A DNA stretch of 62,170 bases from IMG/VR virus record IMGVR_UViG_3300046557_000378; one strand, written 5' to 3'. Shown piece by piece: positions 41,356-49,517 of this stretch. The notes beneath the pieces are model-generated. The model was not told the origin of the DNA and ran no database searches. It saw only the letters and a list, made by a program, of their open reading frames with translations. Every line of letters starts with the position of its first letter. Position 1 is the first letter of the stretch. Made by a program: the position numbers and the translations under genes. Source of the DNA: a virus.

Positions 41356-41467
41356 GATCACGTAGTGCAGCGGCCAAGCACACCCGAGGGAGTAGGGATC
41401 GAGTCCCGCCGTCTGACGGCAAGTGGTCGCCCCTGGCGTATCGCCGGTTCGAATCCGGTCGTGATCA
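41356..41467 (+). ncRNA. tRNA-like element (acceptor, D and T arms; 60-nt non-canonical core)
   Basis: GATCACG-TA-GTGC-AGCGGCCAA-GCAC ... GCCGG-TTCGAAT-CCGGT-CGTGATC-A. Confidence 0.4.
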
Positions 41468-41646
41468 CTCGCTGTGTGGAGGGTTCGAAAGCGAGCGCGG
41501 ATTGTGAGAGCGCGTGATGCCACGCAGTGGTCATGGTTCCGGGTAAGTCCCCGGCACGCGACGACCAACACCCGGACCTTGTGGGTCCGTGGCGAGTCCA
41601 CTTGCGCCCCGTACGGCGGGGAGGCGGCATACGGACTCACAACCCA

Positions 41647-41671
41647 CCCCGTCCCTTGTGGGCGGGGTTTT
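41647..41671 (+). terminator. intrinsic terminator
   Basis: CCCCGTCCC-ttgt-GGGCGGGG then TTTT. Confidence 0.75.
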
Positions 41672-41745
41672 CGACGTCACCGGAGCCGGACGCGAAGCGG
41701 TGACGCGGTCAGGACTTCGCGCCACTGGCCGCACGGTGACGTCAA

Positions 41746-41819
41746 GCCTCCGTAGCTCAGTTGGCTAGAGCGCTGCTCTCGTAAAGCAGAGGTCGCGCGT
41801 TCGACTCGCGCCGGGGGCT
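41746..41819 (+). tRNA. tRNA-Thr (anticodon CGT)
   Basis: Hand-folded cloverleaf: acceptor GCCTCCG/CGGGGGC, D arm GCTC-AGTTGGCTA-GAGC, anticodon arm CTGCT-CTCGTAA-AGCAG, T arm GCGCG-TTCGACT-CGCGC. Confidence 0.85.
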
Positions 41820-41823
41820 CTCA

Positions 41824-41901
41824 CGGGACGTGGCCAAGTTGGTTCAGGGCGCCCGCTTTGGGAGCGGGAGGGCGAAGGTTCGAGTCGCACCATCCCGACC
41901 A
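41824..41901 (+). tRNA. tRNA-Pro (anticodon TGG) with encoded CCA and aberrant T stem
   Basis: C1-G72, A73, anticodon arm CCCGC-TTTGGGA-GCGGG; T stem GAAGG/CGCAC pairs only at its two ends. Confidence 0.6.
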
Positions 41902-41904
41902 TAA

Positions 41905-42063
41905 CTAGTGTCCCGCCCACCAGGTGAGTGCGGCGGTTGCAACTCCGGTAAGTGCCGACAGGGCTTTCACGGGGATGCGCTCTGCTGTGACGCGGAAGCC
42001 TCCGATGCGGAGCTCGAAGTATGGCGCTGTCTTGGCGGTGATGTCGCGCTGGCCGCTCGTCAT
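41905..42063 (-). CDS. small membrane-anchored protein, paralog of 34169-34345
   Basis: 52 aa from internal ATG of track ORF 41905-42096. Confidence 0.45.
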   Translation of the reverse strand: MTSGQRDITAKTAPYFELRIGGFRVTAERIPVKALSALTGVATAALTWWAGH

Positions 42064-42213
42064 GGTGTGTCCTCCCACCGCTGCACGTGACTGCACGCGA
42101 ACTGTGCCACGAGCTTCAGACGGCCTGGAATCCTCTTAACGAAGAGGGCGACCGGTTGCAAGACTGGGGCACGCCGGGGAAAACTGAAGATTAGATGACT
42201 TTCACCCGAGACG

Positions 42214-42252
42214 CAGCCCCGCCGCGGAGGACGACTCCCGCGTGCGGGGCTG
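42214..42252 (-). terminator. stem-loop downstream of 42260 gene
   Basis: CAGCCCCGC-21 nt-GCGGGGCTG. Confidence 0.5.
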
Positions 42253-42259
42253 AGCTACG

Positions 42260-42454
42260 TCAAGCGGAGTTGGTGCCGCGCGCCCATGCTGCAAGCTCCT
42301 TGATTACCTCGACGACGACACGTTGTCGAGGTTCGGGAAGGAACGGCCAGGCTATCCAGGCAGGCGTGGACAGGGCGACGATGAGCAGGACGGGGAGGAC
42401 GCGGACGGCAGTCAGCAGAGCCTCGGAGACTCCCGGTGGAACGTGCGGAACCAT
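42260..42454 (-). CDS. small membrane protein
   Basis: 64 aa from internal ATG; TM VLPVLLIVALSTPAWIAWPFL. Confidence 0.5.
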   Translation of the reverse strand: MVPHVPPGVSEALLTAVRVLPVLLIVALSTPAWIAWPFLPEPRQRVVVEVIKELAAWARGTNSA

Positions 42455-42647
42455 GTTGTGCTCCCCCGTGTTCGGAGGCGGGCGCCAGTCGTTCGTAACT
42501 GGCACCCCTTGCTTACGTACGGGTTCTCCGCGGATGTTCTGATTCCGTTTGACGTGTGAGGGTGTCGGCTACTTCTGAGCCTGGTTAGGCGTCACGTTAC
42601 GTAAATTGGTGTAGTCGTTTCGCTCGGTGCGGTTGTCACCGGGGCGT

Positions 42648-42908
42648 TTAAGCGACGCCCTTTGAAACGGCGCGGAACGTCAGCGTCCAATACACCTGCC
42701 GGTACCCATGCGCATTCTTCTCGCCCTCTTGCTGATGCTCCAGAGCCCAACCCGCGGCCTCGACACGGGTGATGGCCTGAGCTAGCCCGCCATCTGGCCG
42801 GCCAGGTATGGCGTGGACGATGCGGACGTAGACCTGATCCCCGCGCTTGTACGCCTTCATGGCCACCTTGTCGGGTGCCGAAGGGTCGCGCCTCGTAAAG
42901 AGCCCCAT
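42648..42908 (-). CDS. hypothetical protein
   Basis: 86 aa from internal ATG of track ORF 42648-43133; the upstream part is Arg/Cys-rich. Confidence 0.5.
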   Translation of the reverse strand: MGLFTRRDPSAPDKVAMKAYKRGDQVYVRIVHAIPGRPDGGLAQAITRVEAAGWALEHQQEGEKNAHGYRQVYWTLTFRAVSKGVA

Positions 42909-42937
42909 GACCGAACACAGTAGCGGGAGGTGAGCGT

Positions 42938-43246
42938 GTGTCAGCCTGGATTGGCAGCACGCGTAGAGCCCGCCTTCCGAAGGACTGGCCTCGTCGCCGG
43001 CTCCGTGTACTAAGGCGCGATAAGCACTCATGCACCATGGCGTTCTCCGACGGTCGCGTGTGTGGCGCACCTGCGAACCAGGTGGACCACATCGAGCCCG
43101 GTGACGACCACAGCATGGCCAACCTCCAGGCACTGTGCGCCTGGTGCCACACGCACAAGAGCAGCAGCGAGGGAGGCACAGCAGCCGCCCTCACGCGCGT
43201 GCGCACACACAGGCCCAAGCCCACACACCCAGCCCTGGAGGACTGA
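42938..43246 (+). CDS. HNH endonuclease (packaging-associated type)
   Basis: 102 aa; VDHIEPG...NLQALCAWCHTHK. Confidence 0.8.
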   Translation: MSAWIGSTRRARLPKDWPRRRLRVLRRDKHSCTMAFSDGRVCGAPANQVDHIEPGDDHSMANLQALCAWCHTHKSSSEGGTAAALTRVRTHRPKPTHPALED

Positions 43247-43367
43247 TGGAGCCACGCGCAGAGGCACCCACGCAGGGCGCTACCACGTGTAGGTGGACGT
43301 GGTACGCAGGGCGTAGATGGGTGGACAACGGCAGCACGCACCCACGTGACACGGATGGGGACGAGGC

Positions 43368-43619
43368 ATGAGTGGTGCCCATGTGGTGCTGGAGGAGGCA
43401 GACGACGCAGGCGCAGACGGAGTGATCGTCACGCGCGTGAGCATCAACGGTGTTGACGTCGGCAAGCTTGCCGGCCCTCCGAAGGTCAAGGTCGGTCACG
43501 ACCGCCAGTGCACGACGGTGACCATCGTCCTCGTGCCGAGTCGCCTGGAGATCAGGGGCGAGCTTGCCGACGGCGAACGTCGCCCGCCTCGCGCCGGATT
43601 CGCTGCGAAGATCGACTAG
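43368..43619 (+). CDS. hypothetical protein
   Basis: 83 aa. Confidence 0.5.
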   Translation: MSGAHVVLEEADDAGADGVIVTRVSINGVDVGKLAGPPKVKVGHDRQCTTVTIVLVPSRLEIRGELADGERRPPRAGFAAKID

Positions 43620-43871
43620 CCCTGGACCCAGGGGGGTGACCCCCTCCGGGAGGATCTCCGAATCGTAAAGGTGCTGGGCCTCGCTGTCTGTACGGGTCTG
43701 GGGGATGCCGTCACGGCGTCCGCAGGAGCCCGCTGGAGCCTCGAACCGCACCCTTCCGGGGTGTTGAGGGGTTCGAATCGGCACACGGGCGCACAGCGAT
43801 CCGGTCTCACAGTGAAATGAATCATCGCAGGTCAGTGGACTAAAAGCGTTCGCGGCCGATAGGATGAACCC

Positions 43872-44486
43872 ATGCCAACGACACCCGCCAGGACGTGCGA
43901 GCAGTGCTCGTCGCCCCTTCCACTGATGGCCCGTCAGCACGCTCGGTACTGCGACACGCGGTGTCGGTCGAAGGCATTCAGGGCGCAGAAGAACGACGCG
44001 ACTCCACGCGAGCTGACGATCCGCGACAGGTGGATCCGGCGCAGCGCGACGAAGGTCCCCGTGACGATCGGCGGCATGCCGGCGTCGTCGACGGACCCGC
44101 GCACCTGGAGCACGCACAAGGACGCTGCCGCCTCGACGGCCAGCGTCGGTCTGGGTTTCGTGCTGAGCGACGAGGACGACATCGTCTGCCTGGACCTGGA
44201 CCACTGCTTGAACCCGCTCACGGGCCGTCTGGCTCCGTGGGCCGCAGCCATCATCCGTGACGCGGGAGCCACCTACGTAGAGGTTTCCCCGTCCGGGGAC
44301 GGACTGCACATCTGGGGCCGTGCCGACGTCCGACAGGGACGGAAGCTTCGGCGCCCCGACGGTACGGCCGTAGAGATCTACGGGACCGGCCGCTACATCG
44401 CAATGACGGGGCGCCGACATGGCAACGCCCCATCATTGCTAGCGGACGTCTCCGAGGTCATTCGTCGGCTGACTGAGGCGGATTGA
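43872..44486 (+). CDS. AEP-superfamily primase-polymerase (Prim-Pol)-like protein with N-terminal zinc ribbon
   Basis: 204 aa; CEQC...CDTRC; RW...KVP; GLGFVLSDEDDIVCLDLDHC; VEVSPSGDGLHIWG. Confidence 0.6.
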   Translation: MPTTPARTCEQCSSPLPLMARQHARYCDTRCRSKAFRAQKNDATPRELTIRDRWIRRSATKVPVTIGGMPASSTDPRTWSTHKDAAASTASVGLGFVLSDEDDIVCLDLDHCLNPLTGRLAPWAAAIIRDAGATYVEVSPSGDGLHIWGRADVRQGRKLRRPDGTAVEIYGTGRYIAMTGRRHGNAPSLLADVSEVIRRLTEAD

Positions 44487-44913
44487 TCTCCCGGCGCTGC
44501 GGACCGCGAATCTCTTCGACAAGCTCCCGGATCGCGCGTACGGCCTTCTTAGCCTCGCGGCAGACGACGGGCACTCTACGAAGTGCCGACACAACCACCC
44601 ATGACACGGCGCTGATCCCCGAAACGATCGCCGCAGCCCATCCGTACGCTTCCATCTGGCTCGACGAGCCTCTCTGATAAGAGCGGTCGGGCCGAAGCGA
44701 AAAGGGCGCGCTCGGCCCGACCACATAACTGTGGTCGAAGCCGAGATGCGCCCTCGACGGCCGCGCGTCCGGCTCCCGAAGGGCCGTTCGCGCGAAGTAC
44801 GAATCTCGAAGTTCGTTGGTCTCAAAGAAAACTTCGTCGATGGTGTCTTTCAACGTCAGGCCCGTCGAGTCCTGACGCCTAGCAAAACTCAGGGCCTCAA
44901 CATACCAGGGCAA
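44458..44913 (-). CDS. hypothetical C-terminally membrane-anchored protein (opposite-strand insert)
   Basis: 151 aa; visibly lower GC; TM WAAAIVSGISAVSWVVVSAL; converges on and overlaps AEP gene by 29 nt. Confidence 0.55.
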   Translation of the reverse strand: MPWYVEALSFARRQDSTGLTLKDTIDEVFFETNELRDSYFARTALREPDARPSRAHLGFDHSYVVGPSAPFSLRPDRSYQRGSSSQMEAYGWAAAIVSGISAVSWVVVSALRRVPVVCREAKKAVRAIRELVEEIRGPQRREINPPQSADE

Positions 44914-44971
44914 TCCTCAGCAGTCCAAACACCCTGTATAGGGGCCTAGTTGTGTCAAAGGAGGAGCGCCC

Positions 44972-45436
44972 ATGGCAGGCCGCGGACCCGCCCCCAAGGA
45001 CCCAACCAAGCGCCGTCGGCGCAACGCCGCGGATCCCGAGACGGTCATCACCCCTGACGACGAGACCCGCGGCCCTGAACTGCCGGAGGGCGTCCTAGGC
45101 GTCGACACGAAGACGGGCGAACTCTACGAGTGGCACCCCATGACCGTGGCGTGGTGGCAGACCTGGCGCGAGTCCGCGCAGGCGTCGACGTTCACCGCTA
45201 CCGACTGGTCGTTCCTCATCGACACGGCCCTCATGCACCACTCGATGTGGGACAAGGGTCAATGGACCCTGGCTGCTGAAGTCCGGCTCAGGGCAGCCAA
45301 GTTCGGCGCCACGCCGGAGGACAGGGCCCGACTGAAGCTCAAGGTCGACGAGCCCTCCGCATCCCCTCAGAAGCCCGCACAGCGCCCCGACGGGGTGACT
45401 GACATCAACTCGCGCAGGGCGCGTCTTACAGGCTAG
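44972..45436 (+). CDS. terminase small subunit (P27-like)
   Basis: 154 aa; GRGPAPKDPTKRRRRN N-terminus; immediately upstream of large terminase. Confidence 0.75.
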   Translation: MAGRGPAPKDPTKRRRRNAADPETVITPDDETRGPELPEGVLGVDTKTGELYEWHPMTVAWWQTWRESAQASTFTATDWSFLIDTALMHHSMWDKGQWTLAAEVRLRAAKFGATPEDRARLKLKVDEPSASPQKPAQRPDGVTDINSRRARLTG

Positions 45437-45444
45437 GAGACCGG

Positions 45445-47154
45445 ATGCCGCACGTCACTGTGCGCGCCCCCGGTCACGACCGCTCCCGCTCGCTCGGGTG
45501 GCTGTCGGTCGCATGGATGGAGTACTTCGTCGTGCACGGCCCTGGTGACGTCCAGGGAGAGCCTGTACGCCACGGCGACGAGTACACAGGCTTCGTCGTT
45601 GACTGCTACGCGGTTGACGACGACGAGGGAAAACTCCTCTACGACTCCGCGTTCTTCTCCCGCCCGAAAGGGTGCGATAAGAGCGGGCTCGGTGCCCGCA
45701 TCGGGCTCTTCGAGGCGTTCGGCCCCTGCCGGTTCGACGGATGGGCGGAAGGCGGTGAGGTCTACGAGGACCCTTGGGGTCTCGGCTTCGAGTACGTCTA
45801 CGAGCCCGGTGAGCCGATGGGACGCCCGGTCCGCGTCCCGTACCTCCGCATCATGGCAACGGAGGAAGGCCAGACCGGCAACGTCTACGACACCATCCAT
45901 TTCAACCTGACCGACGAGGCGTCACGCCTTTCGCAAATCCCGGGCGTAGACCCCGGATTGACAAAGATCAACCTTCCCGACGGCGGAGAGATAACGCCGT
46001 CAACGGCGTCCGCATCGTCGAAAGACGGCGGTAAGGAAACGTGGGTCTGTTTCGACGAGACCCATCTGTACAACACGCCTGAACTGCGCCGGATGTACAC
46101 GACAATGACTCGTAACCTCCGGAAGCGAAAGAAGAACGCCGGCACATGGTATTTGGAAACAACGACCATGTTCGCCCCCGGTCAAGACTCTGTAGCTGAA
46201 AAGACCTACGAGGAAGCCGAAGCCATCCGTGAGGGGAGGAAAAAGCGCGGTCGCGCGCGACTCCTCTACGACCACCGATACGGCGTCTGCAAAGACCTCA
46301 AGAACGAGGACGAACTCCGCGCGGCGCTGATCGACTCCTACGGCGACGCCATGGAGTGGATGGACATCGAGACCCTTGTCGATGACTTCTACGACCTGCG
46401 TAACGATGCCGCGGACGGCAAGCGCTACTTCCTCAACTCCCGGACGTCCTCCTCCGACGCGTGGATGGACTCCGACGCGTGGGAGGTATGCCGCCGGCCG
46501 GAGGAGATAGCCCCCGGTGAACTGGTCACACTCGGGTTCGACGGCTCGATTCGCGACGACGCAACGGCGTTGTGCGCCTGTCGGGTGTCTGACGGGCACC
46601 TGCAACTTCTCGGCGTCTGGGAGAAGCCCGAAGGGCCCGAAGGCGAGGGCTGGCAAGTCGACCGCGAGTCCGTTGACAACACCGTTGCCCGAGCGTTCGA
46701 CAAATACGAGGTCTGCGGTTTCTACTGCGACCCGCCGCACTGGCAGGACTACGTGGACAAATGGACGTCGGAGCACAGCGAAGGCCTCCAGGTGTGCGCC
46801 ACACAGGCACGCCCGCTGGAATGGTGGACCAACCGGCCAACGGCGATGGAACACGCGTTGGACCGCTTCGTTGAGGCCGTTGACGACAAGGCGTTGTCGT
46901 TTGCCGGAACTGAACGCTCGGATGACGAGGAATCGTTTTCCAAACTCGGGGCAACGCTCACCCGTCACGTACTAAACGCCAAGCGACGCCCGATGGGGCG
47001 CAACCACATGGGCATCGGCAAGGAACACGCTAAGTCCTCGAAGAAAATCGACGCCGCCATGTCCGCCACGCTCGCTTACGAGTGCCGCGCTGACGCCATC
47101 GCGGCCGGAATCACGAAGCGCAAAAAGCGCTCGTCCAAGCTACACGCCTTTTAG
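45445..47154 (+). CDS. terminase large subunit
   Basis: 569 aa; position and size; ATPase then nuclease-like halves (CFDETH, GFDGS...D). Confidence 0.85.
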   Translation: MPHVTVRAPGHDRSRSLGWLSVAWMEYFVVHGPGDVQGEPVRHGDEYTGFVVDCYAVDDDEGKLLYDSAFFSRPKGCDKSGLGARIGLFEAFGPCRFDGWAEGGEVYEDPWGLGFEYVYEPGEPMGRPVRVPYLRIMATEEGQTGNVYDTIHFNLTDEASRLSQIPGVDPGLTKINLPDGGEITPSTASASSKDGGKETWVCFDETHLYNTPELRRMYTTMTRNLRKRKKNAGTWYLETTTMFAPGQDSVAEKTYEEAEAIREGRKKRGRARLLYDHRYGVCKDLKNEDELRAALIDSYGDAMEWMDIETLVDDFYDLRNDAADGKRYFLNSRTSSSDAWMDSDAWEVCRRPEEIAPGELVTLGFDGSIRDDATALCACRVSDGHLQLLGVWEKPEGPEGEGWQVDRESVDNTVARAFDKYEVCGFYCDPPHWQDYVDKWTSEHSEGLQVCATQARPLEWWTNRPTAMEHALDRFVEAVDDKALSFAGTERSDDEESFSKLGATLTRHVLNAKRRPMGRNHMGIGKEHAKSSKKIDAAMSATLAYECRADAIAAGITKRKKRSSKLHAF

Positions 47155-47166
47155 GGAGGTTCGCGA

Positions 47167-48681
47167 GTGCCTATCGATGCTACGAAGGTCGAGTCTCCCG
47201 GCTGGTGGCTTCAGCGGCTCGGTAAGAAGCTGCTCGACGAGCGTGACGACTGCCGTGACGCTGACGGGGAGACGGAGCCAGGCCTCAACACGCTGCGGCG
47301 CTACGCGGAGAACAAGGCCCCGCTGCCGCACGTCCCCGGCATCGACCCCGCGGAGATCGCGGAATGGATGAAGGACGCGCGCACCAACTGGACGTCACTC
47401 GTCATCGACTCCCCGGTTGAGCGCATGCACGTCGACGGATTCCGCTTCGGATCGCCCTCTGACGGCGACACTGCGCAGGCCGCGGACGACGACGCCAACC
47501 GCATATGGCAGGAGAACAGCCTCGACGCGGATGCCGACCTAGTCCACTACGGAGCCCTGTCCCAGCGACGGGCGTTCGTCATGGTGGAGGAGGAAGCCGG
47601 GCGCCCGGTCCTGACCCACGAGTCGCCACGCCAGGTGGCTGTGGAGCACGTCCAGGGCAGCCGGCGGAAGTTGGCCGCGGGCTTGAAGATGTGGCGCGAC
47701 GACTGGACTGGCGACACTCGCGCGACGCTGTGGACGCCAGAGAGTGTGTACGACTTCGTGACGAAGTCGCAGTCCCCGGTGTTCGCTGGCAACTCGGCGT
47801 CGCTCCGTGGCTGGGATGCCTTCGCGCTCCCCAGCTCGACGGACGGCACACGGGCCAACCTGTTGCGTGCGGTCCCTATCGTCCCCTTCATCAACCGGCG
47901 CAACCGACGGCTGATGGGCTTCGCGGAGCACGAAGACGTGCTGACGATTCAGAACCGGATCACGCTCTCGCTGATCAACCTGATTGCCGCCATGAAGTAC
48001 GGCGCATTCAGGCAGCGTTACGCGTCGGGCCTGGAGGTCGACGAGGACCCGATCACGGGTAAGAAGCTCACGCCCTACAAGCTCGACATCAAGAGTCTGT
48101 GGACGTCGGAGGACCCGGAGACGAAGTTCGGCGAGTTCGCCGCGACGGACCTCGCTCCGTACGTGCGCGCAGTCGAATCCGCGGTACAGGATCTCGCGGC
48201 CATCAGTCGCACGCCTCCGCACTACCTGATCGGCGCTGTAGTCAACGTCTCCGGCGACGCTCTGAAGGCAGCGGAGACAGGGCTCGTCAGCAAGGTCCGG
48301 GATCGTCAGCGCACCTTCGGCGAGTCCTGGGAACAGACGATGAGATTGGCGTTCCGTGTCCTAGGGGACGAGGCGAAGGCCACGGCGTACACCGCCGAAA
48401 CCCTCTGGCGTGACCCCGAATCCCGCTCCATCAGTGAACTCGCGGACGCTGCTGTGAAGGCGGAGGCCGCGGGCGTTCCCTGGCGTCAGCGCATGGAGGA
48501 CATGGGCTACACGCCCGCACAGATCGCGCGGATGGAGATCGACCGCGCGGCGGACGCGATCACCGCGCAGGCTGCCGCGGACGCTGCGGCCCCACAGCCG
48601 ACGTCCCTGGACGCTGCCCGTGCGGCACGCGATCAGCGGACCGTGATCGGACGAGGCGCCAATGCCCCTGTCGCCGCTTGA
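47167..48681 (+). CDS. portal protein
   Basis: 504 aa directly after terminase. Confidence 0.85.
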   Translation: MPIDATKVESPGWWLQRLGKKLLDERDDCRDADGETEPGLNTLRRYAENKAPLPHVPGIDPAEIAEWMKDARTNWTSLVIDSPVERMHVDGFRFGSPSDGDTAQAADDDANRIWQENSLDADADLVHYGALSQRRAFVMVEEEAGRPVLTHESPRQVAVEHVQGSRRKLAAGLKMWRDDWTGDTRATLWTPESVYDFVTKSQSPVFAGNSASLRGWDAFALPSSTDGTRANLLRAVPIVPFINRRNRRLMGFAEHEDVLTIQNRITLSLINLIAAMKYGAFRQRYASGLEVDEDPITGKKLTPYKLDIKSLWTSEDPETKFGEFAATDLAPYVRAVESAVQDLAAISRTPPHYLIGAVVNVSGDALKAAETGLVSKVRDRQRTFGESWEQTMRLAFRVLGDEAKATAYTAETLWRDPESRSISELADAAVKAEAAGVPWRQRMEDMGYTPAQIARMEIDRAADAITAQAAADAAAPQPTSLDAARAARDQRTVIGRGANAPVAA

Positions 48682-49462
48682 CCGTCGCTATGGGTCGGCC
48701 GTACGAAGCGTCTGGACGAGCGTCCTCGGGCGAACTGACCAGTCCTGGAAGGGCCTTCGGTCCTGGCGCGACGCCGATATGCGCACCTTCCAGCGTCGGG
48801 CACTTCCGATCATCCTGGCTGGCGAACGCCAGGTAGCGACGCTCACGGCGGCCTACTTGGAGCAGCTCTACAAGGAGATCGACGACAAGGCGAAGCGCGT
48901 AGCCCTCGACTTGGACGCAGTGACGGGCAAATCCCTTCGCGGCGTCGACCCGAGCGAGGTCTACGCGCGCCCCTTCACCGAGGTGTACACGGCGCTCTCC
49001 AAGGGGACGCCGCTCGATGCCGCAGTAGATCAGGGCGCACGCCGCTTGGAGACCCTCGTAAAGACGGATCTCCAACTCGCCCGAACGCACACCGTGCGCG
49101 AAGTGTCGGCCGACATGCCGCGCTTCACCTACACCGTGCGCGAGCTGCAAGGTGAGTACGACTGTGCGCTCTGCATCGTCGCTTCGACTCAGCGCTACCT
49201 CAAACGAGATCTCGCTCCGATCCATCCCGGGTGTGACTGCCTGATCAAGACGGTCACGGCGGACGAGGATCCCGGGCAGGTCATCGACGAGCAGAAGCTT
49301 GAGCAGATTCACAAGGCCGTGGAAGACGCCCTAGGTCAGTCAGACCGGGGCGGACGAGCCATCGACTACCGACAGATTCTCGTGACCAACGATCACGGGG
49401 AGATCGGGCCCGTTCTGGGCTTCAAGGGTCAGCGCTTCACAGGCCCTGACGGAATCCTTTGA
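48662..49462 (+). CDS. MuF-like head morphogenesis/minor capsid protein
   Basis: 266 aa after portal; CALC...HPGCDC motif. Confidence 0.65.
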   Translation: MPLSPLDRRYGSAVRSVWTSVLGRTDQSWKGLRSWRDADMRTFQRRALPIILAGERQVATLTAAYLEQLYKEIDDKAKRVALDLDAVTGKSLRGVDPSEVYARPFTEVYTALSKGTPLDAAVDQGARRLETLVKTDLQLARTHTVREVSADMPRFTYTVRELQGEYDCALCIVASTQRYLKRDLAPIHPGCDCLIKTVTADEDPGQVIDEQKLEQIHKAVEDALGQSDRGGRAIDYRQILVTNDHGEIGPVLGFKGQRFTGPDGIL

Positions 49463-49517
49463 GGAATTCAGAGGCCTGGGACCTGGTCAAGCGATTTCAA
49501 CTCGACTGAGTTCGATC

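Larger units (their letters stand above)
41160..41671 (+). ncRNA. candidate ~0.5-kb non-coding transcription unit
   Basis: Bounded by promoter motif 5 and terminator 41647-41671; no credible long ORF; many GC-rich helices and a tRNA-like element. Confidence 0.4.

Noticed and set aside
41356-41467. tmRNA or a canonical tRNA
   Set aside because: The acceptor stem lacks the G3-U70 alanine identity pair. There is no tag-peptide reading frame or pseudoknot series, and the element is only 112 nt. No 5-bp/7-nt anticodon arm can be drawn, so it is neither a tmRNA nor a standard type I/II tRNA.
43770-43778. GGTTCGAAT T-loop-like motif as evidence for another tRNA
   Set aside because: The flanks give no complementary T stem, acceptor stem or anticodon arm on either strand.
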